This document shows positions 61,589-64,000 of a stretch of 64,000 nt of DNA, piece after piece. Each line of letters begins with the position of its first letter. Position 1 is the first letter of the stretch. The notes beneath the pieces are model-generated. The model ran no database searches and was not told the DNA's origin. It saw only the letters and a program-made list of their open reading frames with translations. The position numbers were made by a program, and so were the translations under genes. The stretch comes from Somniosus microcephalus (Eukaryota): assembly GCA_052327205.1 (NCBI GenBank), contig CM126204.1, positions 261,516,001 to 261,580,000 of the forward strand, written 5' to 3'.

Positions 61589-63707
61589 ATCATTTTTTTG
61601 AAGTTTTGAGAGTGTACTTCTGCAGTGATTTGAGATAACATTTTTTTTTGTTTTCATTCCATAGACTGTTTCAAAATGCTTTATACCTTAGTGACCCAAG
61701 ATATTCTTCATTAGGAAACTGCAAATAGGCAGTAAGGATTTCCTGCAGCCTTAAGTATATTAACATGATTGGCATTCTGATAAAAAAAAAATTGGACATA
61801 AAAGGAAACATTTCACTATGGACAATTGGAGAATAATTGTCCTTTTTTGGGAGGAGATGAGAAAATGTGAAATGCAAACATTGAAATATATTGCCAATGT
61901 TTTCATTTTACAGTACATTATGTTTATTTTGATCTCTAGAGAAATACACAAGTTTCCTACAGTTCTAACACAGCAAGCACAGGTTAACATTTGATGGCAC
62001 ATCTACACCAAGGAGCAGCAAAGTACAAAATATTTTGTACTCCATTTGAGTGGGGAAGAGGATCAAGTTGTTTTGTATTTTCTCCTTATTTTAAATGGCT
62101 CTATTAAAGACACCATACCCCATACAATGGAGTGGGAAGGCAATCGATCTTCACGTTTAGCACTTTGTTCTGCAAACAGTTGCTGGGAGATACAAAAACA
62201 GTTCACTTTCAGTGTGAGGTAGGGAAGTGCCTCATCTGTTCCAGCAATAGAACAGCTGAAATTGGTTACATATCGAGGGAATATAGCCCTGGTCCTCCTA
62301 CTCTATGGCACTGCTCTAATGCCCTGGGCTCCATTCAAACCAACCTTGCATATAATACTTCTAAAAAAAAAATAAGCATGGATTTAACAATTACCTAAGA
62401 GCTGTGCATTTTCTAACTACTCCATCACACACCAAAAATAAATATATTTTTAAAAATTCTTAACCTGGATCAACCTTCTGCACGCAAGCAAACTTTTACT
62501 ACTTCTGGTTCTTCACCTATTTTCTTTTCTAAATGCAATGTATCTGGGTAATAACACCAAAAAATATTATTTTGAAATCCCTTTTGCTCCAGCCCAAACA
62601 ATAAATTCTTGCGCAATTAAAAGCCACTCATTTGCAAAATAACTAAGAAAACAAACAGGACCATTAATGAGTACTTACTTCAAAACAGGTACTCATTCCT
62701 GGTTGTTTCTATCAAATTTATTTTTAAGCATCCAATGTCACAACAGGATTCCAGGCAATTCCCTGATAACCAGAAAAGAGCACCTATTAAAGTGTGTGCT
62801 GCACGGATACTGCATGCCCGGCAGTACACACATCTTTCCTGGGAGACAGAAGCACTATGGGCTGGCTCATTAATTACAAAAGGTGAGAATTCAACAGCCA
62901 AAAGAATATGTATTCAGTCAGTTTGTTCAAATGTACAAAAAAAAACTTCCATTCACCTCAAACCTTAATAGGACTTGAGAATTAAGATGCAATCACTTTC
63001 TGTTCTCCCATGCCTTTCTATTGTAGTTTATTTAGCCCAAGGCTAGCCATCTGTTATCATGAGCAATGTTCTATAGTTAAGAAAACAAACAGCAAAACAG
63101 CTAACCCAAGCAATTATAGACCGCAGCACACAAACACAAAAGCACAAAAAAAACCAAGAATCTTTTTCCTAAGTGGTCAACCACGCCCACACACTGCTGA
63201 CTCTGTGCTCAAGAAAGAGCAAGGAAGCAATTATTTTTGGGCTTTTAGCAACTGATGAAGAAGTGCACATATTTTCATGCAGATTGGGAACACACCTTTA
63301 CTTACAAAAAAAATCAGGCAACATTTTAATTTAAATTTCTAATAAACTCACTTCCTGTTACGTAATCAATTTGCTTGCGACAAAGTAACATTCATCTCTC
63401 CAGAATTCACTTGTTGCATTGTAGTAAATTGCAGAAAGACAGGCAACACTGGTAATCTGGGTAGTTTGACTGGGGTAATTTGGCTTTCTGCATGACAAAA
63501 TGGCAATGGTCCTGCTAGTTTTGGTATTTTATTAAAATGACACCTGGGTAGCCAGCCCCAGTTCTGCAATACCTCACCTATGCTTCAAAGCCAAAATGAA
63601 ATGCAACACCGAGTATTCAAAGGCACTCGGCTTTAGTTAAGTGAAATTGCCCAGGTGTATTTTTGGACAGTTTAAATCAATGGAAGGTCAAAAAAAATGT
63701 TGAATGC

Positions 63708-64000
63708 TGTTAGATCCGTGATTCTGAGAGTATGCTGTTTTTCAATAACCACACGGATGCTGTAACTTAACAATAAACAGGTATTTACTGGAGGAGGGTA
63801 GTCTCAAGACTGGGGGTACAGAGGCATGCGCAAGGCTTATATACAGGTGTGGTCACTGCCAGTACTACAGTATACAGGGGCTGTAAAAGTAGTTCTGTCT
63901 TAAAGGCACATACACTACAATTCCTCCCCTTTTAGATTAGTAGTACCCCTAATATTCAAATAACAATTAACACTTTAACATGTACATTAAACAACAATAG
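63708..64000 (-). mobile_element. 3' LTR (63708-63919), PPT and start of the internal region of a second, related Gypsy element running off the window
   Basis: Shares tgtt..atccgtg, aaacaggt.tttactg, ggcttatata, cttaaagg.acatacactaca and the adjacent attcctccccttttaga PPT with the 53527 element, but the LTR is longer and diverged. Confidence 0.85.

Noticed and set aside
62465-62516. Minus-strand segment with AG/GT boundaries as a candidate upstream DENND1B exon
   Set aside because: All three frames meet a stop before the gttaag donor, and there is no recognisable similarity to DENND1B.
63352-63487. Minus-strand exon-like segment ending in a GTGAGT donor
   Set aside because: Stops occur in the frames examined and there is no DENND1 similarity. 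The next real exon probably lies beyond the window.
1-64000. CRISPR arrays, rRNA or tRNA genes, prokaryotic operons
   Set aside because: None seen. The window is intron-rich eukaryotic DNA, and the only tRNA-related signal is the 9-nt retrotransposon PBS.

Overview
AT-rich vertebrate genomic DNA, most likely a cartilaginous fish (inferred from the CR1/L2/Penelope repeat tails, not proven). Two genes converge tail-to-tail. On the + strand are the last four coding exons of CRB1 (laminin-G3 and EGF exons at 443-1349, 7308-7433 and 9466-9592; TM/ERLI exon at 31056-31271). On the - strand are the last three identifiable coding exons of DENND1B (52500-52427, 48973-48757, 48257-47709). The main observation lies inside the ~21.5-kb last intron of CRB1. 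Three same-strand exons (21349-21430, 29229-29281, 30593-30814) have canonical, phase-compatible GT-AG junctions and splice into a complete 118-aa CRB3-like protein: signal peptide, short Ser/Thr-rich ectodomain with an N-glycan sequon, TM helix, FERM-binding motif and [13 protein letters not shown] tail. Its last exon ends 241 nt before the canonical CRB1 tail exon. The locus also keeps the exon-11 read-through tail known from the retinal CRB1-B isoform, so it can potentially encode three different membrane-anchor/C-terminal modules. The rest is transposon-rich: a near-complete Gypsy LTR element with TSD, PBS and PPT; the 3' LTR of a second related Gypsy; an internally deleted hAT element with an open ORF inserted into a Penelope element; a hAT MITE; a Harbinger remnant; CR1/L2 fragments; hairpin-rich MITEs; and a minimal hammerhead-ribozyme motif. 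All gene models are read by eye from the sequence, with no expression data or database searches.
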